Shown: positions 40,656 through 51,300, numbered from the stretch's first letter. The stretch: DNA of 64,000 nt from an uncultured Bacilli bacterium (GCA_947626895.1 CANQTY010000001.1:2477-66476), one strand, 5' to 3'. Notes: generated by a model from the letters alone, not told the origin. Program-made: numbers and translations.

Positions 40656-41009
40656 ATGTCTTACAAAAATAGTGAAATTGGTAAGAAAATTAAAAAATTA
40701 AGAGAAGATTCTCATCTTACTCAACAGCAATTAGCAGAATACTTAAATGTAGATCAAAGTCTCGTTTCTAAATTTGAAAAAAGCGAGCGTACTATTAGTT
40801 CCGATATATTAACCGAAATATCAATTTTATTTTGCTGTTCATTACATGATTTATTATCAAATGAAGATATTATGCCGAAATTTAATATTGCATTTAGACA
40901 AAGTGAAATTTCGCTTGAAGATTTAAAAGAACTTTCAATTATTCATAAAATTGCGCTAAATCAAGTTAAAATTGATGAATTAAGCAAAGGAGTTAAAAAC
41001 CATGATTGA
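40656..41009 (+). CDS. XRE-family HTH transcriptional regulator
   Basis: LTQQQLAEYLNVDQSLVSKFEKSERTIS is a canonical Cro/C1-type HTH. Confidence 0.85.
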   Translation: MSYKNSEIGKKIKKLREDSHLTQQQLAEYLNVDQSLVSKFEKSERTISSDILTEISILFCCSLHDLLSNEDIMPKFNIAFRQSEISLEDLKELSIIHKIALNQVKIDELSKGVKNHD

Positions 41010-41745
41010 TAAGTTAAAATTAAGTATTTCGACTTTACAAACACGTCATCAATTTGGAGAAGATGACATATCTCCAATTGATATTTTTAGTTTAGTTAAA
41101 GCGATTAAAACATTAACATTAATCATATTTCCCTTTAAGAAAAGCATTAGTGGTTTATGTATTCATAATCCATCATCTTCAATTATTGCAATCAATTCTA
41201 GAATGTCCCTAGGAAGACAGAGATTTACATTAGCTCATGAATTATATCATCTTCTTTATGATCAAGATAAAGAGATAGTTTGTCGTAAGGATTTCTCTTA
41301 TGATAACGAAAACGAACATAGAGCGGATTTGTTTGCCTCTTATTTATTAATGCCTCCATTAGCCTTGCAAACAATGATTCAAAAATATAAAAAAACATCT
41401 AAATATCGCCTTACTTTACATGATATTATTGAAATTGAGCAAACCTATGGAATATCTCATCAAGCTCTTTTAACACGTTTAAAAGAGGAAAAAGAAATAA
41501 ATAGCGATCAATTTGATGCAATGCAAAATGGAGTCATATCTCTAGCAAATCGTATGGGATTTGATTGTTCATTGTATAAGCCATCGGAAGATAAAATACA
41601 AGTATATGGTTATTATATTTCTCAAGTGGATTTTCTATATCAAAATGATATTATCTCCAAGGGAAAATATGAAGAACTATTATTAGATGCATTTCGCGAC
41701 GATATAGTGTATGGTAATGACGAAGGAGGGGAATTTCTTGATTAA
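41002..41745 (+). CDS. ImmA/IrrE-family metallopeptidase (COG2856)
   Basis: HEXXH LAHELYHLL; size and gene order (after XRE) typical of ImmA/IrrE; 8-nt overlap with the XRE gene. Confidence 0.75.
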   Translation: MIDKLKLSISTLQTRHQFGEDDISPIDIFSLVKAIKTLTLIIFPFKKSISGLCIHNPSSSIIAINSRMSLGRQRFTLAHELYHLLYDQDKEIVCRKDFSYDNENEHRADLFASYLLMPPLALQTMIQKYKKTSKYRLTLHDIIEIEQTYGISHQALLTRLKEEKEINSDQFDAMQNGVISLANRMGFDCSLYKPSEDKIQVYGYYISQVDFLYQNDIISKGKYEELLLDAFRDDIVYGNDEGGEFLD

Positions 41746-42268
41746 TTGTCTTTTTTTTGATACAGATTGCTTAAGTTCTTTTTTATGGACAAAAAGCGAA
41801 GAATTATTACCGAAATTGTATGTTGAAAAGATTGTTATTCCCCGACCAGTATATATTGAATTAAGTAGACCAGTAATCTCTCATCTTAAAAAACGATTGG
41901 ATATCTTAATTCAAGAACATCACCTGAAAATACAAGATATTAACATTAATTCAAAAGAATTTAACACTTATTACCAAATGACAGAGGAACCTTTAGCAGG
42001 AAATAAAGTCATCGGTAAAGGAGAAGCAAGTGCACTTGCTTTAGCCATACATAATCATGGTATTGTGGCTAGCAATAATTTAAGAGATATTTTACCATAT
42101 GTTAATCAGTATTCGTTAAAATATATGACAACTGGAGATATTCTTGTTGATGCTTATGGACATAATTTGATTAGCGAAGAAGACGGAAATGTTCTGTGGG
42201 CTAATATGCTCCAAAAAAGAAGATATTTAGGAGCGGATTCATTTTCTTCATATTTAAAAGGCAAATAG
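41736..42268 (+). CDS. PIN-domain protein (predicted RNase)
   Basis: N-terminal FFDTDCL (PIN D1); later acidic positions (GEASALALA, TGD); probable TTG start at about 41736 preceded by GGAGGGG; overlaps the immA end. Confidence 0.5.
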
Positions 42269-42309
42269 TTAACCCCATTTGCCATTTTTGATTGATTTTT
42301 TAAGTTTAA

Positions 42310-43539
42310 TTAACGTTGAATTTTTAAATGTCTTGGTAATCCATCCACCCATAATGGAGCAATTTCGGCTTGAATTAAAGGACGAATATAATGGACTAAT
42401 TCTTCTTTCACAAAGGTACCATCATCACTAATCCATTCTAACGGTACTTTCTTTTCTACGTTTGCAATTAGATGTACATCTTGAGGTTCAGTGATACACA
42501 TATACGGATCTTCACTTACTCTTTTTAAAGTAATCACATGACCAGTTAAACCATTTAATGCAGCTTTTACCGCGGCTCCACCTGTATTGAAAGCTTCGGT
42601 GATATCAATTCTTGATGTCATATGTGCCGCACATCTTTGTAATGATGAAAGTTCAATTGCTCTTGTTTTAACTCCATAGGCAGTAGCGACTCTAGAAGCT
42701 AAATAACGCGCAGTTCCTGATAATTGTTTATGTCCAAAGGAGTCAACGTATTCCACGTGATCTGCTAATTCACAAACATAACGTCCATCTTTTACTTTAA
42801 CGCCTTCTGAAACAGCGATAACTAAAGAACGATTTTCTTTTAAAAGTTCCCCTGTTTTCTTTAGAAATAAATCAATGTTAAATGGAATTTCAGGTAAGAA
42901 AATCATATCGACACCTGAGCAATCTTCACCACGCGCTAATGCGGAAGCTGCAGTAAGCCAACCAGCGTTTCTTCCCATTACTTCAACAATGGTGACCACA
43001 GGATAATCGTAAACTAAACCATCACAAATAATTTCCTTCATCGTCGCAGCAATATATTTTGCAGCACTTCCATATCCAGGCGTATGATCTGTCATGGCTA
43101 AGTCGTTATCAATTGTTTTAGGCACACCCATAAAACGAATAGGACTTTTAATAGAATTACCATAATCGGTAAGTTTTTTAATCGTATCCATCGAGTCATT
43201 TCCTCCAATATAGAAGAATGCATCGATTTTATATTCATCTAAAATTTCAAAGATTTTTTTATACGTTTCTTCATTTCCTTCAATGTCTGGTAATTTATAT
43301 CGACAAGAACCTAAGAAAGATGAAGGGGTTCTTTTTAATAAATCCATATCAAGATCTGTTTTGATTTGTTCTCTTAAATCGACGATATCTTTATCTAATA
43401 AACCTTTGATACCATGTACCATGCCATAGATTTTATCACATTTTAAATCTTTCGCGGTTTTAAAGACACCTAATAATGAGGAATTAATTACAGAGGTAGG
43501 TCCTCCAGATTGTCCAACGATAATATTTTTCATAAACAC
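42310..43539 (-). CDS. pfp: 6-phosphofructokinase, probably pyrophosphate-dependent subtype
   Basis: GQSGGPTSVIN in place of the GGDGS of ATP-PFKs; PFK-family motifs (MGR; PKTIDND); 409 aa. Confidence 0.7.
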   Translation of the reverse strand: MFMKNIIVGQSGGPTSVINSSLLGVFKTAKDLKCDKIYGMVHGIKGLLDKDIVDLREQIKTDLDMDLLKRTPSSFLGSCRYKLPDIEGNEETYKKIFEILDEYKIDAFFYIGGNDSMDTIKKLTDYGNSIKSPIRFMGVPKTIDNDLAMTDHTPGYGSAAKYIAATMKEIICDGLVYDYPVVTIVEVMGRNAGWLTAASALARGEDCSGVDMIFLPEIPFNIDLFLKKTGELLKENRSLVIAVSEGVKVKDGRYVCELADHVEYVDSFGHKQLSGTARYLASRVATAYGVKTRAIELSSLQRCAAHMTSRIDITEAFNTGGAAVKAALNGLTGHVITLKRVSEDPYMCITEPQDVHLIANVEKKVPLEWISDDGTFVKEELVHYIRPLIQAEIAPLWVDGLPRHLKIQR

Positions 43540-43737
43540 TTATCTCCTTTAAATATAATTATAAAAGATTTTATTTTAATTGTAAGGGCTTCGGCTTTTT
43601 CTTGTGCTACAGTTGACTTTTTTTGAGGTGAAAAGTCGCAATTATTTTTTTATTATGCTATTAAAAAATCCCTATTTTTAAGGGATTTTGAGTATTAAAA
43701 TTCATAAATTAAAATTTAAGCACAAATTTTAAATATT

Positions 43738-44436
43738 TTATTTCTTTATAAAGGATAAATGTACACCTCCATCCTTTAAAGGATGAGCAAAATTAAATTT
43801 AAAATCTTGATTCATAACAAAATTAGATACTCCATCAAAGGATGCTTGATTTAAAGGATTACCATCAATATAAGGAGCAATCACTAAAGAAATTTCATCG
43901 ACTAAATGTTCTTTTAAAAAGCCTCCATTTAATATGGCTCCACCTGTTACTACTAAATAATTGATATCTAGTTTTCCTATTTTATTTAAGGTTTCTAGAA
44001 GAGAACCGCTAATCATATAAGAAATATTTTTATTTTCTAAATATGCAAGATATAATGGGTTAACCTTGCTAGAAACAACTTCTACGATATGATAGGAAAT
44101 GTTATTATAAATAAACTCGTTATTTTTCCAGGAACAGCGACCATTTCGATCAAATACAAATAAATAGTGATCTTTTTTTAAAATATGATCTTTTAAAGGT
44201 AAAGGAGATAAATCTTTTATATCATCAAGACTAATCTCTCCAGCATGATATTTTTGTACAGTAACTCTACCTAAAGCCATTGATGACCCAAGTTCATTAA
44301 TTTGGTCATCATAATAATTTCCTGCATAAATAGAATTTTTTTGTTCCATATATTCACCATCGATTTTTCCATCAATCGAAGTCATCATATGGATAATGAT
44401 ATAAGGCTTTTTCATATTAAATATCTCTTTTTTCAA
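43738..44436 (-). CDS. RibD C-terminal domain / dihydrofolate reductase-family reductase
   Basis: YIIIHMMTSIDGKIDGEY is a typical RibD_C / DHFR-like N-terminus; 232 aa. Confidence 0.6.
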   Translation of the reverse strand: MKKEIFNMKKPYIIIHMMTSIDGKIDGEYMEQKNSIYAGNYYDDQINELGSSMALGRVTVQKYHAGEISLDDIKDLSPLPLKDHILKKDHYLFVFDRNGRCSWKNNEFIYNNISYHIVEVVSSKVNPLYLAYLENKNISYMISGSLLETLNKIGKLDINYLVVTGGAILNGGFLKEHLVDEISLVIAPYIDGNPLNQASFDGVSNFVMNQDFKFNFAHPLKDGGVHLSFIKK

Positions 44437-45517
44437 GTTTTACTTTTTCTAGACGTGTAGAAGGGATATCTTTTCTTCCTTCTTTAGCTTCTTTTTTACC
44501 ATTGAGTTCAACTAAATCACCTGTAAAACCAACATTAATTTTTAATAAGTTGGTACCCACGCCATAAGTATCAACTGGAACATGATGCTTTTCAAAATCT
44601 GCTATTTTTTTAGCATCAAAACCACTAGAAACGATAATTTTTACATATTGAAATCCTTCTTCATCAAGAGCTTTTCTTAAAGCAAATATAAGTTCTTTAC
44701 AAACTCCATGAGGATCAAATCCAGAAGTATCTTTATCATCAAAATAATGATCAATTAACGATTTTGAAGTATCAACACGAACAGCATTTAATTTTTCTTT
44801 AAGATGTCGAGCAATTAATAAAGTATCTTCTACGACATTATTATGATAATCAATTAAAGCCGTTACTTTTTCATTTGGAAAAGTTTTTAAATAATAATCC
44901 GCGGCTTTTATAATATCTCCCCCACAGATTTGAATAAGGGCGTGAGGCATTGTACCCATACCTTTTCCTCCCCACCAATAGCCCATAGCATCTGTAGAAT
45001 CTAGTTTTAAACCTGCAACATATGCGCTATATCCATCACCGATTTGAGTATTGTATTCATCCTGACGATCTGCCATATTGATGACTGCTTTTCCGTTTGT
45101 CACTTTTAAAATGCGATAAGTATTGGTAGCAACAGAACTTCTTCTAGCTAAAATTCCATCAATCATGCTTTCTAAAAATCCAAAATCTTCATAATGTCCT
45201 TTAATTTTTAAAACAGGTTCTCCATTGGAAATAATATCACCATCATTTAAAGCTTCAATTTCTAAATCTTCTGGATGATTTGCAAAGCATTGAATTAAAG
45301 CAATACATTCATCAATTCCACATAGCATCACATCATCTTCTCTTTGGAAAAATTGCATAGTGACTTTTTGATTTGGAATATTTTCCTCGACAATCTTACG
45401 GGTTTTTAAAAAGTAATTTGCAGTAAAAAATCCATCCTTTAATCTTGGATCAAATTGAAATGTCTTATTTGTTAATCTTTTAATTAATCCTTTTTCTTTT
45501 AATTCTACTTCTAGCAT
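44417..45517 (-). CDS. nicotinate phosphoribosyltransferase-family protein (short form)
   Basis: N-terminal FTANYFLKT resembles the NAPRTase family; 366 aa; overlaps the downstream gene by 20 nt. Confidence 0.5.
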   Translation of the reverse strand: MLEVELKEKGLIKRLTNKTFQFDPRLKDGFFTANYFLKTRKIVEENIPNQKVTMQFFQREDDVMLCGIDECIALIQCFANHPEDLEIEALNDGDIISNGEPVLKIKGHYEDFGFLESMIDGILARRSSVATNTYRILKVTNGKAVINMADRQDEYNTQIGDGYSAYVAGLKLDSTDAMGYWWGGKGMGTMPHALIQICGGDIIKAADYYLKTFPNEKVTALIDYHNNVVEDTLLIARHLKEKLNAVRVDTSKSLIDHYFDDKDTSGFDPHGVCKELIFALRKALDEEGFQYVKIIVSSGFDAKKIADFEKHHVPVDTYGVGTNLLKINVGFTGDLVELNGKKEAKEGRKDIPSTRLEKVKLEKRDI

Positions 45518-45526
45518 AATAATCTC

Positions 45527-46582
45527 CTATTTTTCATATCGAAAATGAGCAATATCCTCATTTGACAAAGATTCTAATAAATATTTTAACCCCATTACCG
45601 CATTTTCAAAATCTTTTACATCTAATACACTTGATGGAGTATGAATTGCTCGTGCACATAGACAATAAGTAAGCGTTGGTATTCCTTCACAAGCTTGATG
45701 AACTTCTCCAGCATCCGTACCACCTTTAGAAATATAATATTGATAAGGAATTTGATGTTCTTCTAAAACATTTTTTTGGAATTGAATTAAATCTTTTCTG
45801 GCAATCATTGCTCGATCAAACACTCTTAATAATACACCATGATTTAAACTACCTTCTTCAGTTTCTGTCGCTGGAGAACAATCGATAACAATAACAAAAT
45901 CTGGTTTAATAAAATTCACCGCAGGTTTAGCACCTCTTAAACCAACTTCTTCTTGACAAGAACCACCTAAATATAAATCAAATGGCAATTCTTTTTTTAA
46001 CAAAGGAAGCATATTAATAGCCATAGCTAAACCCATTCGATCATCTAAAGCTTTAGAAAGAACTCTTTTCCCCGAGGCAATTAAAGAAAACTTTCCTTCT
46101 AAAATAAGAGGATCACCGATAGTGATTTCTTTTTTAGCTTCCTCTTTAGAAATAAAACCAAAATCAAAGCACATATCTTCAATTGAAGTTTTATCGTTTC
46201 CTTTTCCTGTTAATAAATGAGGAGGTAAAGCTAAAGCCGTTCCATAAAGAAATTCTCCATTTTGTTTCTTTAAAATTGCTCTAGAAGAAAGAATCGTTTC
46301 TGAATTAAAACCACCTAATGGGGTCACTTTTACAGTACCATTTTCTAAAATTTTGGTGACGACAAATCCCACTTCATCCATATGAGAAAGAAGTAAAACT
46401 TTTTTAGGATTACTTAGTAAAGACTTTTTTAATCCAAATACATTTCCAAAAGGATCTTGTAAAGTCGTTAATCCTAATTCTTCATATTTTTGAAGAAGAT
46501 AATTTCTCACTTCCTCTTCATGCCCAGAAGGGCCGAATAGTTGTGTTAATTCTTTTAATACACTTAAATCCATTTTAATCAT
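45527..46582 (-). CDS. M42-family aminopeptidase (FrvX/PepA/CelM-like)
   Basis: LFGPSGHEEEVRNYL N-terminus; 351 aa; metal-ligand His/Asp pattern. Confidence 0.75.
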   Translation of the reverse strand: MIKMDLSVLKELTQLFGPSGHEEEVRNYLLQKYEELGLTTLQDPFGNVFGLKKSLLSNPKKVLLLSHMDEVGFVVTKILENGTVKVTPLGGFNSETILSSRAILKKQNGEFLYGTALALPPHLLTGKGNDKTSIEDMCFDFGFISKEEAKKEITIGDPLILEGKFSLIASGKRVLSKALDDRMGLAMAINMLPLLKKELPFDLYLGGSCQEEVGLRGAKPAVNFIKPDFVIVIDCSPATETEEGSLNHGVLLRVFDRAMIARKDLIQFQKNVLEEHQIPYQYYISKGGTDAGEVHQACEGIPTLTYCLCARAIHTPSSVLDVKDFENAVMGLKYLLESLSNEDIAHFRYEK

Positions 46583-47195
46583 CCTTTCTAGCTATAAGTC
46601 TATAAATCTTTTTTCCTTCTGCACGGAATTTTGTTTCATATTCAGTAGCAATATCATCATCTTTTAACATATAATCTTCATCGATTGTTTCTATGATAAA
46701 TTTTGAGTTTTGAAAGTACTTTATACTATCGATAAATAATCCTTCATTATCCGTCTTAAAATAGATTTTACCACCATTTTTTAATACCGTTTCATACTTT
46801 TCTAAAAAGGTGGGATAAGTTAGTCTTCTTTTATGTTGACGTTTTTTAGGCCAGGGATCAGAAAAATTTAAATAGATAGCTTCAAAAAATGAAGGTTTAA
46901 AATCTTCAAATAAATTATTCACATCACTCAAAATAAAATGTAAATTTTTAGGCGCAGAATCTAAATACGTTTTTAAAGCAATCGCTACAACTAAACGATC
47001 TACTTCAATTCCAACATATTCATTGTTTGGATCTTTTAAAGCTTTTTGATATAAAAAACCACCTTTTCCAAACCCGATTTCTAAAAAATATTTTTTATCA
47101 TCCTTAAAAAAGGAAGGAAGATCTTCCTTATGAAGTAATAAATCATTTTCTTCCTCAAGAAGAGGATCCATCCATTTTCTTTTTCTTAATCGCAT
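46575..47195 (-). CDS. trmB: tRNA (guanine46-N7)-methyltransferase
   Basis: EIGFGKGGFL SAM-binding motif; 206 aa. Confidence 0.85.
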   Translation of the reverse strand: MRLRKRKWMDPLLEEENDLLLHKEDLPSFFKDDKKYFLEIGFGKGGFLYQKALKDPNNEYVGIEVDRLVVAIALKTYLDSAPKNLHFILSDVNNLFEDFKPSFFEAIYLNFSDPWPKKRQHKRRLTYPTFLEKYETVLKNGGKIYFKTDNEGLFIDSIKYFQNSKFIIETIDEDYMLKDDDIATEYETKFRAEGKKIYRLIARKDD

Positions 47196-48562
47196 AATCT
47201 TCCTAAAGCATCGATTGCATGTGCATAGATTGCCATCGAATCAAATAAATCCTTTAAATGAATGGTTTCATTCGAGTTATGAATGCGGTCATCTCTATTT
47301 GGAAAATGAGAGCCAAAAGCAATGGTATTTTTACTTTCTTTTGCATAGGTTCCTCCTCCAATGGTCATAATTGGAGTAAGTAAATCCCCTGTTTCATCAC
47401 GATATACTTTTTCTAAAGTTCTTACCATTGCTCCATTTGGGTCCACTAATAAAGGATCACTAATGGATAATAACGTATGTTTTCCTAAATTCATCGTATT
47501 TAACTTATCAATAACCTTTTTAGGATTTACATTTTCAGGATAACGGAAATTTACTACATAACTTAATACTCCATTTTCATATTCCATGAGCCCTACATTA
47601 AAAGTCGTATGATGTAAAGCTTCACTTTCTTTATAAAGACCTAAAGTAGAGCCATCTCCATCTAAATAGCTAGTAGCAATATTGCTTAAACGAACATCAG
47701 TAAAATAAAAAGATAAGAAACGTAATAAACAAAGACCTGCATTCACTCCAAGATTTGGTAATGATCCATGCGCAGCTTTTCCAAATACTTCTAGATGATA
47801 AAAATCTTCATCTAAATTTTCTAAAGTATATTGGCAATCTGTCGCACCAAAATAAGCTTTACAAGCTTTTTTAAAGTTTCCTTTGGCCTCAAGTTCACAA
47901 GTAACATGATCCATTACACTATTCGAGGCAGTTCCTCCACGAAGAGATAATAAAAAGGGTAAATCAAGTTTTTGTTCAACTTTATAATTTGCAATTCCTT
48001 TTTCCCCATAGATTAAAGGAAAATCACCATCTGGAGTAAACCCATATTTTGGATAAGGTTTTTTAAGTTTTTTAAAGTAATATTCTAAACATTCTGAACC
48101 AGATTCTTCATTTCCCCCGACGACGAAACGAACCTGATATCCTTCAATTCTTCCTGCATCTTTTAAAGCACATAGCGCATGAAATGTTGCCATTGCAGGA
48201 CCTTTATCATCCGATGTTCCTCTTCCATACATTACATCATCTTCAATTTCTCCTGAAAAAGGAGGATACTTCCATTCTCCTGAGACAGGAACAACATCAC
48301 AATGTGCATATATTCCGATAATATCTCCCTCTCCATAGCTAATTTCTGTACAATATCCATCACATCGATCAACATTAAAGCCATGAGCTTCTGCTAAAAG
48401 AGCAATATATTCTAAAGCCCTAGCGACATCTTTACCAAAAGGCATTTCTTTAGTTTTAGAATCTTCTTCATAAACCGATGGAATTGCTATCCATTTTTTT
48501 AAATCTTCAACAACCTCTTTTTCATGAGATTTTACTAATTTTTTATAATCAAACATACTCAT
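47186..48562 (-). CDS. pepV: M20-family dipeptidase (PepV-like)
   Basis: 458 aa; M20 metal-binding motifs (HCDVV; GRGTSDDKG; GGNEESG). Confidence 0.8.
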   Translation of the reverse strand: MSMFDYKKLVKSHEKEVVEDLKKWIAIPSVYEEDSKTKEMPFGKDVARALEYIALLAEAHGFNVDRCDGYCTEISYGEGDIIGIYAHCDVVPVSGEWKYPPFSGEIEDDVMYGRGTSDDKGPAMATFHALCALKDAGRIEGYQVRFVVGGNEESGSECLEYYFKKLKKPYPKYGFTPDGDFPLIYGEKGIANYKVEQKLDLPFLLSLRGGTASNSVMDHVTCELEAKGNFKKACKAYFGATDCQYTLENLDEDFYHLEVFGKAAHGSLPNLGVNAGLCLLRFLSFYFTDVRLSNIATSYLDGDGSTLGLYKESEALHHTTFNVGLMEYENGVLSYVVNFRYPENVNPKKVIDKLNTMNLGKHTLLSISDPLLVDPNGAMVRTLEKVYRDETGDLLTPIMTIGGGTYAKESKNTIAFGSHFPNRDDRIHNSNETIHLKDLFDSMAIYAHAIDALGRLCD

Positions 48563-48670
48563 TCCTCTTTCAAGAGTATTATAGCGAAAAAATCTTCAAA
48601 AAAAAGTAGTTTCATCTTGAAAAAAAGGAAAAGGATTGAAGATTTTAAATAGATTTATTAAAGTAAAGCT

Positions 48671-49198
48671 ATGGAAAAGAAAAAAAGTTCAAGTTTCGTT
48701 TATCAAGGTAAGATTTTTTACGTCACAAAAGATGAAGTATCTTTAGATAATGATGATACTTCTATTCGTGAAGTTGTGCATCATCTAGGAGGAGTCACAA
48801 TTCTTGCTAAAACCCCTGAAAACAAATTTATTTTTGTTAAACAATATCGTTATGCTATTCAAGATGAGCTTCTTGAACTCCCTGCAGGAAAACTAGAGGT
48901 TACCGATGAGTCTCCTTTAAGTGCTGCGAAAAGAGAACTAGAAGAAGAAACTGGATATATCGCTAATGATTTAACTTTTCTAGGAGTGATTTATCCTACG
49001 CCAGGATATTCAACTGAACCATTATATTTATATTATGTTGATCAATTAGAAAAAGGAAAACAACATCTAGATCAAGATGAACGAATTGAATTATTTACAT
49101 TATCTCTTGATGAATATAAAAAGGCAATCGTGGATGGAACAATTAAAGATGCCAAAACCATCGCTGCAATGTCCTATTATCTTTTAAAATTGAATTAA
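48671..49198 (+). CDS. NUDIX hydrolase (ADP-ribose pyrophosphatase-like)
   Basis: Nudix box GKLEVTDESPLSAAKRELEEETGY. Confidence 0.8.
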   Translation: MEKKKSSSFVYQGKIFYVTKDEVSLDNDDTSIREVVHHLGGVTILAKTPENKFIFVKQYRYAIQDELLELPAGKLEVTDESPLSAAKRELEEETGYIANDLTFLGVIYPTPGYSTEPLYLYYVDQLEKGKQHLDQDERIELFTLSLDEYKKAIVDGTIKDAKTIAAMSYYLLKLN

Positions 49199-49648
49199 GT
49201 TACATAAAAAGGGAAACCTAGTTTCTTAATTGTTTCGTCATCTACAATGAATACTTAAATCGTAGTTTTTATTGATTCTCGAAGGAGCAAAGAATCGAAT
49301 AAAATGTAAAAGGCGCAAGAAGACAGTGCTACGAAAAATTCAAATTCATATAGTTCTTTCATACATATAAGAATATAAATGTTTCCCTTTCACAAATTAT
49401 TTTATCATATTCTAAATTACTTGTAAATACCCTAAATTAAGGCGATTTTTAAATGAGACAATCTTAAAATAATTATAAGATTTTTATTAGATAAATATGC
49501 GATTATAATAAGAATTTTATGAGAATTTTTGATACAATTTTAAAACACGCCTATTAAATATCGCTAAACCTAGTTTTTTAATCTACTACTTTTTTAACAA
49601 AATTCTTAGATCATCTACTCAGGCTTAATTTGATTAATCTATTGAAAT

Positions 49649-50125
49649 TTAGGATTCTTTTTTTCTTTGCTCTTTGAACCACTTTTTTGTTTCATTAAGT
49701 GACATCATATATTCATTTGGCTTTACATCAGGCATTTCTTCATATCCAATATCTTCCCAACCACAAATAGGACAAATATCGGATGATAATACGTCTTTAA
49801 ATTCATATTCTCCACAGACAGGACAAATATGAGGAACTGGGTCAGGTTTATGTTCGTCAAAATAATCATAGTTCGGATTTTCTTTAAGTTTATTTTCAAA
49901 CCATTTTTTATATTCATTAACAGACATTTCATTATATCCTTCTTTTGAATTTGGATGTTCTGCTTGATATAAATCATAAATCCAGCCACAATGACGACAT
50001 TGTGCATTACCATTTAGATATTCTTCAATATCTTCATCAAATGTGTCTTTATGTGGTCCAGAAAAATACATTCCATCACAAACAGGACAACACATCGGTT
50101 TAAATTTCTTTTTTAACTCAGTCAT
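49649..50125 (-). CDS. cysteine-rich CPCC/CPxCG-family protein with two zinc-ribbon modules
   Basis: two tandem modules: CPVCDG...CRHCGW and CPVCGEY...CPICGWED. Confidence 0.55.
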   Translation of the reverse strand: MTELKKKFKPMCCPVCDGMYFSGPHKDTFDEDIEEYLNGNAQCRHCGWIYDLYQAEHPNSKEGYNEMSVNEYKKWFENKLKENPNYDYFDEHKPDPVPHICPVCGEYEFKDVLSSDICPICGWEDIGYEEMPDVKPNEYMMSLNETKKWFKEQRKKES

Positions 50126-50182
50126 TTTTTCACTTCTTTTTAATAAATTTACGATAATGTTAAAAGATTTTTAATTGAAAGA

Positions 50183-51127
50183 TTAATAAAACTTTTTATG
50201 CTCTAAATCTCTTTCGCCATTAGCAAAAGAAATAAAATCTACTCGATTTTTACTTTCCTTTTGCACTTCTTTTAATAACACTTGACCTTTGCTTAATTGT
50301 AAAACATAAGTCTTCTTATTCATTTTAATAATACTCCCTACTTCTTTTTCAACATTCAATGAATAAGGTTCTACTTTTAATATTTTAATCTTTTTATCTT
50401 CTAAATATAGATAACCTCCTGGAGTATAACTTAACCCTCTTACACAATTTGTAAATTCTTCTGGAGTCATATCTAAAGATAAACGTTCTTGATCTTGACT
50501 GATTTTCTTACAAAAAGTAGCTAAAGTTTCATCTTGTTTTTCTCCCTTGATGTTTCCTAATAAATAATTATCTAGCATACTTAAAAGGGCAAGTTTTCCT
50601 GCTTCAGCAATTTTTTGATAATAAGAAGTATAATTATCATCACTAGATATCTCTACTTCCTTTTTTAAATACATATCTCCCGCGTCCATTTTAGACACCA
50701 TTTCCATAATGGTAACTCCACTTACTTTAAGACCCTCGAATAAGGCACTTTGAATTGGAGAGGCTCCTCTTAAATGAGGTAATAAAGAACCATGAACATT
50801 AATCGCACCAATCTTTAAAGAATTTAAAATAACATCTGGAATTATTTGTCCATAGGCACAAGTAATTAAAGCATCCGCATGTAAATCTACTATTTGTTGA
50901 TAATCTAAGCGAATCTTATGGGGTTGAAAAGTAGGTATATGATATTTTTGTGCAACCTTTATGGTTTCAGGTGGGGTTAATATTCCTTTTCTACCTACGA
51001 TTTTATCTTCATTTGCTACGACTAAAATAATATTATATCCTGCCTCTATTAAACCATCTAAAATATGACTAGCAATTAAGGGTGTACCCATAAAAATAAG
51101 ACGATATTTTTTTCTATCCATATTCAT
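50183..51127 (-). CDS. fmt: methionyl-tRNA formyltransferase
   Basis: RLIFMGTP N-terminus; formyltransferase motif INVHGSLLPHLRGASPIQ; 314 aa. Confidence 0.88.
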   Translation of the reverse strand: MNMDRKKYRLIFMGTPLIASHILDGLIEAGYNIILVVANEDKIVGRKGILTPPETIKVAQKYHIPTFQPHKIRLDYQQIVDLHADALITCAYGQIIPDVILNSLKIGAINVHGSLLPHLRGASPIQSALFEGLKVSGVTIMEMVSKMDAGDMYLKKEVEISSDDNYTSYYQKIAEAGKLALLSMLDNYLLGNIKGEKQDETLATFCKKISQDQERLSLDMTPEEFTNCVRGLSYTPGGYLYLEDKKIKILKVEPYSLNVEKEVGSIIKMNKKTYVLQLSKGQVLLKEVQKESKNRVDFISFANGERDLEHKKFY

Positions 51128-51300
51128 TTCACCTCCCTATCATCTTATAAAAAACGCATAAAAAAAACAAGATGAAGAAAGATATGTAAACTTTTTTCTT
51201 GAAATAAAATTTGCTTATTTTACGAATAAAAATCTCTTTTTTTCATCATCTTTTTATGTTTTTTTAACTTTTATAAAGATTAAATCTTCTAAAGATAAAT

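Noticed and set aside
41711-41735. ATG start at 41711 for the PIN gene
   Set aside because: It lies within the immA coding region in another frame. The TTG at about 41736 has a GGAGGGG RBS and begins right at the PIN N-terminal motif.
40656-42268. XRE/ImmA as evidence of a prophage
   Set aside because: Flanked directly by tkt and pfk. No integrase, att-like repeats or phage structural genes in the window.
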